32,000 nucleotides of DNA, from the NCBI GenBank assembly GCA_002794465.1, contig MTSL01000146.1:12628-44627 (forward strand), in the 5' to 3' direction. Below are positions 19,861 to 29,188 of this stretch, piece after piece. The position numbers were made by a program, and so were the translations under genes. Under the pieces are notes generated by a model that saw only the letters and a program-made list of their open reading frames with translations, ran no database searches and was not told the DNA's origin. This DNA is from Paramicrosporidium saccamoebae KSL3 (lineage: Eukaryota; Fungi; Cryptomycota). Numbering within the stretch: the stretch's first letter is position 1; each line of letters begins with the position of its first letter.

Positions 19861-21048
19861 ATGATCGTCTCTCTAAAGACCTTTGGTGTATTTTGGAGTT
19901 TTGGCTTCTTTCTGGTTGCATACAGCAAGGAAGCAGATGAACCCTTTCTGAAAGGGAATAAGACGGCCATTCCGGAACCCCAAAGGCCTGCGGACAAAGT
20001 ATCTGCAAAGTATGAATATGTATACACTTATGAAGATTCGGAGGAAACAAAGGACGACAAGAGGACTGACAAGAGGACTGGCAAGAGAACTGGCAAGAGA
20101 ACTGATAAACGAACGGATAGAAGGGCTGGAAAAAGAGAGCCGCCGCCAGCAAACGAGTACTCTTATCCGTATCGTCCAAAGTTTCCGGCCCACCCGTCGT
20201 TGGGGTACTGCAAACTGCAAGACTTTAAATTTGGCGAGTCGGATCGACTCGGAAAGGGGGGCTTTGGCCAGGTGTACAAGGCTGTCCATAAGAGTGGAAA
20301 GACGGTAGCCATCAAGCATACACTTGCACAGTCGATAAAGGACAAGCCAAATCATGTGGAGAATGAGGAAACTATTCATAGAATCCTGCAAAATGCCTTT
20401 ATTGGCCAGTTGTTGTGCACGATGAAAAACTCGAAAAATGACATTTTCTTTGCTCTGGAATACTTTCCAGGCGGCGATATGTACAAGCAACTCTTGACAT
20501 ACCATCCGTATAGCCAGGCCGTGCTGGCCAAGTATGTCGCTCAGATAGTCCTGGCTCTTCGATACATGCACTCCAACTGCGTTGTGTATCGCGATTTGAA
20601 GGCTGAGAACATTATGATAGACGAGAATGACAACATCAAACTCGGCGATCTTGGACTGGCTAAATACGACTGTGATAATGAACTGTACAACCTAGCCGGC
20701 ACCGTCGAGTACCTAGCCCCCGAAGTTGCTGGCAAACGAAAGTATGGCAGGGCCTGTGATTACTACTCACTCGCTGTCCTAGTCTATTTCCTCCAGTCTG
20801 GCAAGCTTCCTTACAGGCACAAGAAGGATCAGAAAGACGTGTTTATTAAGCAATTGGCAACCGGCAAGCAAAAGATACCGAGTACTGGTAATGCAGCTGC
20901 AGATGAGCTTATTGGCGTTCTTGCTGACTATGATCCTGTACAAAGGTGGTCCAATGTGTATGTAAATTTTGACAAGTTCAAGAAGCTTTCCTACTTTAAC
21001 GGTCTCGACTGGAATATTCTCGAGGAAATTTCGGCCAACCAGCTCTAA
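19861..21048 (+). CDS. AGC-like Ser/Thr protein kinase with N-terminal signal-peptide-like segment
   Basis: GKGGFGQVY, VAIK, YRDLKAEN, KLGDLG, GTVEYLAPE, DYYSL. N-terminus MIVSLKTFGVFWSFGFFLVAYS. Intronless. Confidence 0.85.
   Translation: MIVSLKTFGVFWSFGFFLVAYSKEADEPFLKGNKTAIPEPQRPADKVSAKYEYVYTYEDSEETKDDKRTDKRTGKRTGKRTDKRTDRRAGKREPPPANEYSYPYRPKFPAHPSLGYCKLQDFKFGESDRLGKGGFGQVYKAVHKSGKTVAIKHTLAQSIKDKPNHVENEETIHRILQNAFIGQLLCTMKNSKNDIFFALEYFPGGDMYKQLLTYHPYSQAVLAKYVAQIVLALRYMHSNCVVYRDLKAENIMIDENDNIKLGDLGLAKYDCDNELYNLAGTVEYLAPEVAGKRKYGRACDYYSLAVLVYFLQSGKLPYRHKKDQKDVFIKQLATGKQKIPSTGNAAADELIGVLADYDPVQRWSNVYVNFDKFKKLSYFNGLDWNILEEISANQL
20056..20136 (+). repeat. 12-bp coding repeat (D/G)KRT x7 in the kinase N-terminal region
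   Basis: gacaagaggact gacaagaggact ggcaagagaact ggcaagagaact... encodes DKRTDKRTGKRTGKRTDKRTDRRAGKR. Confidence 0.9.
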
Positions 21049-21370
21049 ATACACTATAAAAGCGTGAGATTGGAGCTAGGAAGATGATAAAAGCACGTTT
21101 TATTGCCAATTCAACAGCCCATTTATAATATCTATAATAGGTTAGAGCAGAGTAGTGTTCTTTCCATAATTGACCCATTTTATGAGGTTTGAGTAAAGAC
21201 CCCTTTATTGGTATTCCTAGCCCGTAGATGTGCAAGAAAAAGCGCGCTTATTATCACTGGTCAACATTTATGGCCTTTACGGTGTGCAGTAGCCAGATTT
21301 AAACGCGGGCTTCAATACATTTCACAAATGTCATACCTTTAAACCAAGCCATTGCATCAAAGGTTGCGGA

Positions 21371-22674
21371 TCAGAAAGAAAGAGGCTTGGGGCGCTCCCA
21401 AGCAAATTCGTCGCGACCAAAGTGCCCATAGCATGCAGTCTGTTGAAAGATGGGCTTGTCCAGGTGCAAATCACGAGCTATTGCGCCGGGTCGCAGGTCA
21501 AAGTTTTGGTGAATCAGATTTACCAGTTGAGGGGTGCTCAGCTTGCTAGTCCCATAGGTATCGACATGGATTGACAACGGCATCACCAGACCGATCGAGT
21601 ATGATAACTGCAAATATTAAAAAGTAGTCTGATATCTACCTGAATTAAGCAGCGGCGTGCGAGACCGGACGCGACTATCGATTTTGCAATCCAACGGGCG
21701 GCATACGCAGCTGAACGGTCAACTTTTGTCCAGTCCTTTCCGGAAAAGGCTCCGCCGCCATGCGCACCCCATCCTCCATATGTATCAACAATGATTTTGC
21801 GACCGGTAAGTCCGGCGTCACTTTGGGGCCCTCCTATTACAAACTTGCCTGACGGCTGTATGTGATAGATGGTATTATCATCGAGATATTGGCGAGGAAT
21901 GACAGCCTTGATCACTGATTCCAGGAGCAATTCTTTCATCTCTGATAGCGACACGTCTTCAGAGTGCTGGGCTGACAAGACGACTGTGTGGACTCGGAGT
22001 GGGACAGTGGCTCCATTTTCCATCTTGTATTCTACAGTGACTTGCGATTTGCAATCGGGCCTTAACCAAGACAGCTCTCCGCTGCGTCGGGCATGGGCCA
22101 GTTTTGCGGCCAATTTGTGTGAAAGGACCAGAGAGAGGGGCATTAGCTCGGGCGTCTCGTCAGTCGCATAGCCAAACATGATTCCTTGGTCTCCAGCACC
22201 GGTATCGACGACATCACCATCCACCTTTGTCAGACTTTGGCTAATATCTGGGCTTTGCTCTTCCACTGCGACGAGCACATTGCATGTTTTGTAATCAAAC
22301 CCTGTGGACATGAGATGTAAGCGGGGTATACCTTTTTGACTGTCATCGTATCCAATGCGCCTAATGGTGTCTCGACAAATCTTTTGAAAATCAAGCTTTG
22401 CAGTCGATGTAATCTCTCCAAAGACCATGACCATTCCCGTTTTTACGGCAGTTTCGCAGGCAACACGACTAAAAGGGTCTTGCTCGAGGCATGCGTCCAG
22501 GACGGCGTCGGAAATTTGGTCGCAAATCTTGTCTATTATTTGGTCATACAGCAACACTGGTGTACCTGGATGCCCTTCTCCAACAGATTCCGAGGTAAAG
22601 AGAAAGTGCCCAGCCTCCAAAACTGGGATCTGAATAGTTGGTAAATGTCCGTTACTCATTATAATGCCGGGCAT
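21371..22674 (-). CDS. SAM1: S-adenosylmethionine synthetase (methionine adenosyltransferase)
   Basis: [54 protein letters not shown]. Introns 22533..22565, 22302..22331 and 21608..21639. Start is 22674 or 22659. Confidence 0.96.
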
Positions 22675-23163
22675 AGGCGAGTGCGTCCGACAGTGACCCT
22701 CGTAGGGGAGGGCCTAATTTACCGTTTTGGGATGTAATGCAATAGAATTTTTCCGTTATCCTGTAACCTAACAGAGGCTGTCGCGTAGTGGGGTGAGACG
22801 AAGCGAGATGGGGCGAGATGAAACAAAATGAAATGAAAACTTGTTCACTGCTAATCCTAAAATTGCAAGGATACAGCTTCCACTGTTCTCAAATACTCGG
22901 CTAATCAATCCTTTACATCACAAGACAGTATTAGCTCTGGTAAGTGTGAGGTTGGTTAATAAGACCCATTATTAAAATTCTTGAGCTTTAGTAATCCCTT
23001 TGCTATGAGACACAATTTACCGCTTTTGGTTGTAATGCTAATGCTATAAATCGCAGGGGGAGCATGCGCTGGAGGTTGCCCATACTGACGCGTCCCCTCA
23101 CCCACTACAAACGTCTTGTACAGAAAAGTGTTATGCGTGGGGTTTGTGCTGTAACTGTTAGAA

Positions 23164-24537
23164 ATGGTTTCAACAGTCCCCAAGATTAGTGTTGAAAATC
23201 CAGTTGTTGACTTGGATGGTGATGAAATGACTCGTATTATTTGGAAAATGATAAAGGACAAGGTAAAAAGTCTATCCATTTCCCAAGTTGTAGCTTATTA
23301 CTCCATTCGTCGATGTGGAAATCTTGTCATTCGACTTGGGCTTACCGAACAGAGATGCCACTAACGACCAAGTTACTGTTGATGCTGCAAATGCCATTCG
23401 CAAGCACAATGTCGGAATCAAGTGCGCCACCATTACTCCGGACGAAGACCGAGTAAAAGGTGCTCTAGGTAGTAGTGCTCATGGTTCCTAGAGTTTAATC
23501 TGAAGAAAATGTGGAAGAGTCCTAACGGAACCATCCGATCTATTTTGAATGGGACAGTGTTTCGCGAGCCCATTGTTCTTGAAAAGATTCCGCGCATTGT
23601 CCCTGGATGGCAAAAGCCGATTATTATTGGGCGTCACGCGTTTGGCGACCAGTACCAGGCGGTTGATCTGGTGATTGACCAGCCCGGAAAGGTGGAACTA
23701 GTTTTCACCCCCAACTCTTCTGGATCAGAGGCCCAACGACACTTGATCCACGATTTTTCCAGCAGTGGGGTCGCACTGGGAATGTTTAACAAGTCTGATT
23801 CAATTGAAGGATTTGCCCGCTCCTGCATGAACCTGGCATTGTCTCGAGGTATGCCTTTGTACATGAGTACCAAGAATACAATTTTGAAAAAGTACGACGG
23901 CCATTTCAAGGACATTTTCGAGGCAGTCTACCAAAAGCAATAAGGACTCTGGCCAGTGCTAACTATTAGGGACTTTAAGCAGAAGTTTGAAAGTGCTGGC
24001 CTTTTCTATGAGCATCGGCTGATCGACGATATGGTGGCTCAGGCTCTCAAGTCTAGCGGCGGTTTTGTTTGGGCTACTAAGAACTATGATGGTGATGTTC
24101 AATCGGACATTCTTGCGCAAGGATTTGGAAGCCTGGGACTCATGACTAGCGTGTTGACCACTCCAGACGGAAAGACTATTGAAGCAGAGGCAGCCCATGG
24201 CACAGTCACCCGTCACTACCGCGAGCATCAAAAGGGCCGTGAAACGAGCACCAACCCGATTGCAAGCATCTTTGCCTGGACCCGTGGGCTGGCGCATCGT
24301 GCAAAGCTCGATAACAATCCTAAACTTGGCGAGTTTTGCCAAGTGTTGGAGTCGGTCTGTCGTGATATCATTGACATTGATGGCAAGATGACCAAAGATT
24401 TGGCCTTGGCGATCCATGGCGCCAAATTGCAACGTTCCCATTACCTGAACACTGAAGAGTTCCTGACTGCCATTGAAGACAAATTGCGAGGGGCATGGTT
24501 ACAGCGAGTGGCCGACCTTGGCATGTCCAAGCTGTGA
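23164..24537 (+). CDS. IDH1: NADP-dependent isocitrate dehydrogenase with C-terminal PTS1 (SKL)
   Basis: [64 protein letters not shown]. Ends GMSKL*. Introns 23263..23293, 23460..23491 and 23937..23969 (GC-AG). Confidence 0.95.
23937..23969 (+). other. GC-AG intron (33 nt) in IDH
   Basis: gcaata...gctaactattag contains an in-frame TAA and a GCTAAC branch point. Removal restores AVYQKDFKQKFE. Confidence 0.85.
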
Positions 24538-25017
24538 GACGAGATGTATCAATTAACGCTAGGCCTTTACATGAGCCTCCAAATTGCGGCGGAGACCAAA
24601 TAAAGGAGCTTTTTAACTGATAGTTGTAGTCGCGCTGATGGACTACCTGTCACATTTTTGGAAAAGATTTTACCAAGGACGCTAGGAAATCCCTGTAACT
24701 AGGCTATAGTGATAACGCGGAGCACTATCCAAGCAGATGGTAGTTGATAACAACTTGCCGCTTGCTATTTATCCAGTCACACAACTGATCTACTCGAGAA
24801 ATTCAAATTTATACTAATCGATTTGGAGACTTTATGGCTATTGCATTATTAGTGCCCAGCACTCTAGGCCGCTGTCGGTATATGCATTTCCAAGATACTC
24901 AATGTTCACGAATCTAGAGTTTATTGAAAGAAAGGTTATCTTGATTTATCAGTGATGTAAGCGCCTGAATTATCAGGGTACTCGAGAGGCATGCCAGTAC
25001 AACTTTTGGTGCAATCC

Positions 25018-25863
25018 TTAGTTGTTACGGCCTCTTAATTGGCGAAAGTAATCGTGGCAGCCAAGTAGAATAGGGTCCATTAGCAGTTGGCAGCATTGGC
25101 AAAACAAACGTGACGCACGGTCATACCAGAAACTTTTTATATCGTGGTGGAAAAATACGATCATGTAATGCATCAGGAATAACTCGCCCTCGGGTCCTTC
25201 CAAGGCGCACATATGCACACCCGAGAACATTCGAGTGCATAACTTTCCATCCAAGAACATTTTTTCTCTCCACAAACCAGGTGGTGCAAAAATAAGGATG
25301 AAAGTTTGTACCTGTACAGCCAGAGCAAACCCCATCATGAAAAATATAATAGTACTGATGCCGAGGAAGCAACCAGTACAAAGCAACGCAGCCAGCATTA
25401 GGAATGGGGCAGCGTCAGTGGACAAGGCGACGAGCCAGCCTAACTGTTTCTTGTACTTAGTTGCATGGCGAAGCTGTACATACCGACTTTTCAGACATCT
25501 CACCTCATCGCGACTGTCATAGTATGCCAAAATCAAGCCATCAGGTGCATCCCAGACGGAAAAAAAGAGACCAAGGTGTTTCAAATCATACCAGCCAAAG
25601 TGCTGAACTTTATCTGTGGGCTGAAACTTGGCGACTGTAAAAGAGCGGAGACTGGCCCGTTCAATGAGCCATGTTAAAGGCACACCGGCAACAAAGCCAA
25701 CCCAGATGAAAGTGTAGCTGATCCAGCCCCAGAAAGGATAACATATATTGACGACGGTCCAGGCGATGAACAGCAGCATTAATGTATCGATGATAATACA
25801 AATGCATTTTACCAGCTTCGGGGCAATTGTGCTTCCCTTGGTGGGCTTGAATGTGAGATACAT
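25018..25863 (-). CDS. Unknown multi-pass membrane protein, family A copy 1
   Basis: About 4 hydrophobic segments in two hairpins; LEGPEGELFL and CQCC motifs. First ATG is 25863 (MYLTFKPTKG); the track start at 25911 is TTG. Confidence 0.75.
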   Translation of the reverse strand: MYLTFKPTKGSTIAPKLVKCICIIIDTLMLLFIAWTVVNICYPFWGWISYTFIWVGFVAGVPLTWLIERASLRSFTVAKFQPTDKVQHFGWYDLKHLGLFFSVWDAPDGLILAYYDSRDEVRCLKSRYVQLRHATKYKKQLGWLVALSTDAAPFLMLAALLCTGCFLGISTIIFFMMGFALAVQVQTFILIFAPPGLWREKMFLDGKLCTRMFSGVHMCALEGPEGELFLMHYMIVFFHHDIKSFWYDRASRLFCQCCQLLMDPILLGCHDYFRQLRGRNN

Positions 25864-26235
25864 TGTCAAGCGGAGAAGTTGGTGCAACTCTTTGGATGTA
25901 TTTTTGTCCAATGGGAGTGACTCCTGAATGATAACGTGAGATGGCTATTTGTAGAACAAGGCGGCGATTAGTCCATTGAGTAACAACGACTTGATGTAAT
26001 TTTGTGATCCCAGTCATTTAAATCACTATTGTCTACATAGATACAGTGCAATGGAACACTGTATGGTTACGGAACTGTAGAAGAAGGACCAATAGACTTT
26101 CTTGATCCTCTCATCTGATGCGCATGGCCAATCATCAAACTTGCCTATGGTGGTTGCCATGGTGACGGCTATTTTTAGGATCTTGATTATTTTCTATAAA
26201 TACCTTGACTCAGCCACTGTGTCATCATCGACACG

Positions 26236-27424
26236 ATGCAAACCATTGCTACCGTCTTCACGATCATGGGCGCGATTGCTGCTGGTCTGCTACTCTGTCT
26301 GGAAGGCCTAAAGGAACTTGTTGGGCATCACAAATGGCTCAACGCACTCAAGTTTATGCTGTGTCTCGTTGTGCTATTTGGAGGACCGGTAGCAGCGGCG
26401 GATGCGGCCGTTTGGTCTTATGTGGTGGGAGGAGTGTTGGTTCTTGTTGCTTTCGCACTCCTTCTTGGGCGCCATCTGCGCAAATATCATCAGAGGAAGA
26501 AGCTTGTCGGGCATCTCACCAACTTGCGCTCCGGAATTACAATGTGGGATGCCTCGATGAGTTTCGACCAAGCCCTATCGGTTTGCCATGCTCCGATTGT
26601 ACTTATGGTTATAGATTGCTGTTGAGCGTTATCCGGGAGTTGGTCCAGAACTCATTGCCCAACTGCCCATTCAACTTTTGAGAAGGGTCTTTGAGACGCG
26701 CTTGGCCGAGTGCCAGCAACTCACCTTTGAGGACTTTAAAGCAGAATGCCTCTGTGACATGTCGTTCTACGATATGAGCGGTTTTGGCAGGAACGCCGCC
26801 TTGCTGCTCTTTGTAGAACCATCGCAAGTTGCAGAATGTTGCCAATGGTTCGTTAAATGTACCGTCATATGGAAGGCATACAAGAAAGTTAAAGGCGCGG
26901 GGAGAGTTAGTATTCTCCGGTATATGTGGACGAACAGCGTCTTTAATGCGGACATTAGAGCAAGTTGCACCCTGCACTCCATCAGCAACATGAACTTGGA
27001 GCTGCAAGATAAGCTCTATCGAGCTTTATTTACCGAGAACCCTAAAGACCCATGGATAATGGCCAACCTACCCAAGCCATCAGATATCTATAACAGCCCC
27101 CTATGTGGAGATGCCGAATCCCCCGTGTCTTCGGACAGGGAAAACACCCAGCGGCCCGTGACTGTTTCACTGGAGGACTGGTATGCTATGGGTGTGTATG
27201 CAGAATGCCGGTTTTGTAGGTTCTGTCCACCCGATATAAAAATTGTCCCACATGCCATCGGCAAGACTATGAGGCATTTGTATCCATGGGCCCGACACTG
27301 TGGTGCATGTGGATATAATGTCATGAAATTTGGTCTGGTGGAAGGTTCAATATCCGTGGTGGCTGTGGATGAAGTGGCGCAGAGTACTGCCGGTACAGAC
27401 AATCAGATCCGTGAAGATAAGTGA
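26236..27424 (+). CDS. Unknown membrane-anchored Cys-rich protein, family B copy 1 (about 385 aa spliced)
   Basis: The 34-nt intron 26581..26614 (gtttgc...ttatag) joins ORF 26236 in frame to ORF 26678. Three N-terminal hydrophobic segments; C-terminal CRFC...CGAC. TATAAATA at 26195. Confidence 0.65.
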
Positions 27425-28012
27425 GATTGTAACAAAAAACCGACCAAGTTAGTGTACTAATGATAGTTAGAAAGAGGCATTTACTGAATAGAAATAGCTG
27501 TTATCGTACGCTGTCCAAGTTTTGCCAAAGGAGTTATTGTGGGCTTTGGCCGTGAGAATATAGCGTGCCAGTCCATAATGCATAGCTTGGTAGGTGATCT
27601 TTTACCAATATTTATGGCCAGAGCCTAATTGAGTCCAGATTTCAAATGGATGAGTCAAGTAAAATATTTAATATTCGAGTCACTTCAGATGGGCCGGATC
27701 GTGTGGGCATAGCCTAACCGCACACAGGGATGTTCTCATTGTGATGCATAGGAATGATTAGTAGGTATGGAAGAAGTAAAATTTCATTCCCCCAATTCGA
27801 AAGTTTTGTGTCAGATTTACAATAGCCGATGGCCGATCTTCCACAGAAAATTGCAACTCCACAGGTGTCGATTGGCTATATGACACCAGAACTAACGAAA
27901 CGTGTTCACCTGATGGCCAATGGATTTGATGGGTTGCAGCCAGTCCTTTCAGCTCTTTTGTACTAGTCTCTGTTCAGTTGCGCTACAATTAGCGGATGGT
28001 ATTTACGGCAAG

Positions 28013-28828
28013 CTACGGGTTCAGAGCAAGTAGAATGGGATCCATTAATAGGTGGCAACACTGACAGTGCGCTCTCGCCGCCAATTCGAACCAGGATCTT
28101 CTTTCATAGTGATCAAATATGACCACCTTGAGGACTGTCAGGAACAGTTCACCCTCTGGTCCCTCTAGAACACACGTCATTATACCAAGAAATTTCCGTG
28201 TGCACATTTTCCCATCCAGGAACATCCTGTCCTTCCATAGAAACATTGCCATAAAGCGGAGGCACACTGTGCGCACCTGTCCTGCCAGCACAAAGCCCAT
28301 CAGAAAGAATACGATAACGCTGACGCCGAGGAAATAGCCCGCGCAGAGAGATGCAGCCAATAGCGCAAACGGGATGGCATCGGTGACCACGACGATGAGC
28401 CAGCCCAGCCATTTCTTGTACTCTTCTTCGTCGCCAAGAAAGACATGACGTTTCCTCAGACAATCCACTTCATCAAATTTATGATACTTTCCCAAAACCA
28501 ATGTGTCGGGTTTCTCCCAGACCGAGAAGAGAAACCCGAGATGTTTCAAATCATGAAGACCGTTGGACATGAGTTTGTCTCCAGGACGAAATCGGGCAGA
28601 CATGAAAAAGTAGATGCGAAAATATCTGATAATGTAAGTAAAGAGGGCGTAGGGAATAAAGCCGACCCAGATGGAAGCATAGATGATCCATCCCCAGAAA
28701 GGATAGCACATGTTAACAATGGTCCATGCCATGAGTAGTAGCAGTAATGCATCGATGATAATACAGAGACAGTTTACCAGTTTTGGGGCAATTGTGCTTC
28801 CCTTGGTGGGCTTGAATGTGAGATACAT
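28013..28828 (-). CDS. Unknown multi-pass membrane protein, family A copy 2
   Basis: Paralog of copy 1. ATG at 28828; TATAAATA at 28911-28918 on the - strand. Confidence 0.75.
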   Translation of the reverse strand: MYLTFKPTKGSTIAPKLVNCLCIIIDALLLLLMAWTIVNMCYPFWGWIIYASIWVGFIPYALFTYIIRYFRIYFFMSARFRPGDKLMSNGLHDLKHLGFLFSVWEKPDTLVLGKYHKFDEVDCLRKRHVFLGDEEEYKKWLGWLIVVVTDAIPFALLAASLCAGYFLGVSVIVFFLMGFVLAGQVRTVCLRFMAMFLWKDRMFLDGKMCTRKFLGIMTCVLEGPEGELFLTVLKVVIFDHYERRSWFELAARAHCQCCHLLMDPILLALNP

Positions 28829-28910
28829 GGCCGAACGGAGAAGCTGATGTGGCTCTTTGCTTGTGTTGTTGTCCAATGGGAGTGACTCCTGAATGGTAAC
28901 GTGGGATGGC

Positions 28911-28918
28911 TATTTATA
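28911..28918 (-). promoter_or_regulatory. TATA box (TATAAATA) of family A gene, with CCAAT about 20 bp upstream
   Basis: The - strand reads gggccaatcgccaccttgttctataaatagcc. The equivalent sites are 31318-31325 (TATAAATA) and 25946-25953 (TACAAATA). Confidence 0.55.
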
Positions 28919-29188
28919 GAACAAGGTGGCGATTGGCCCATTGAGCAGCAGAGACTTGTTATAATCTTGTTTTATTCGTCAGAACTATTATTGTTTGCGT
29001 AGGCATAGCGCATTGAAATACTTGATGGCCACGGGACTGTAGAAACGGGACCAATGGATTTCCTTGATCCTCTCACTCTAATGCATGTGCGATCAATCAT
29101 TAAATTTCCCTACGGTCGTTGCTATTTTTAGAATATTGATTTTTTTCTATAACCATGTCGACTCTGCCCCTGGACCATCTTTGACGCG

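Noticed and set aside
22956-23279. 107-aa minus-strand ORF, and a possible upstream presequence exon for IDH
   Set aside because: The ORF is antisense to IDH exon 1 with no recognisable motif. No convincing donor and ATG gave an in-range intron for an upstream IDH exon.
23941-23943. TAA readthrough or alternative genetic code in IDH
   Set aside because: The stop lies within a GC-AG intron with a branch point; readthrough would insert 11 non-homologous residues. TAA, TAG and TGA all terminate other genes here.
25864-25911. Conserved TTG initiation of family A genes (MDKNTSKE/MDNNTSKE)
   Set aside because: The TATA box lies only about 35 nt upstream of the TTG, and an in-frame ATG 16 codons later is conserved in all three copies, so ATG initiation is more parsimonious. 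It is not fully excluded.
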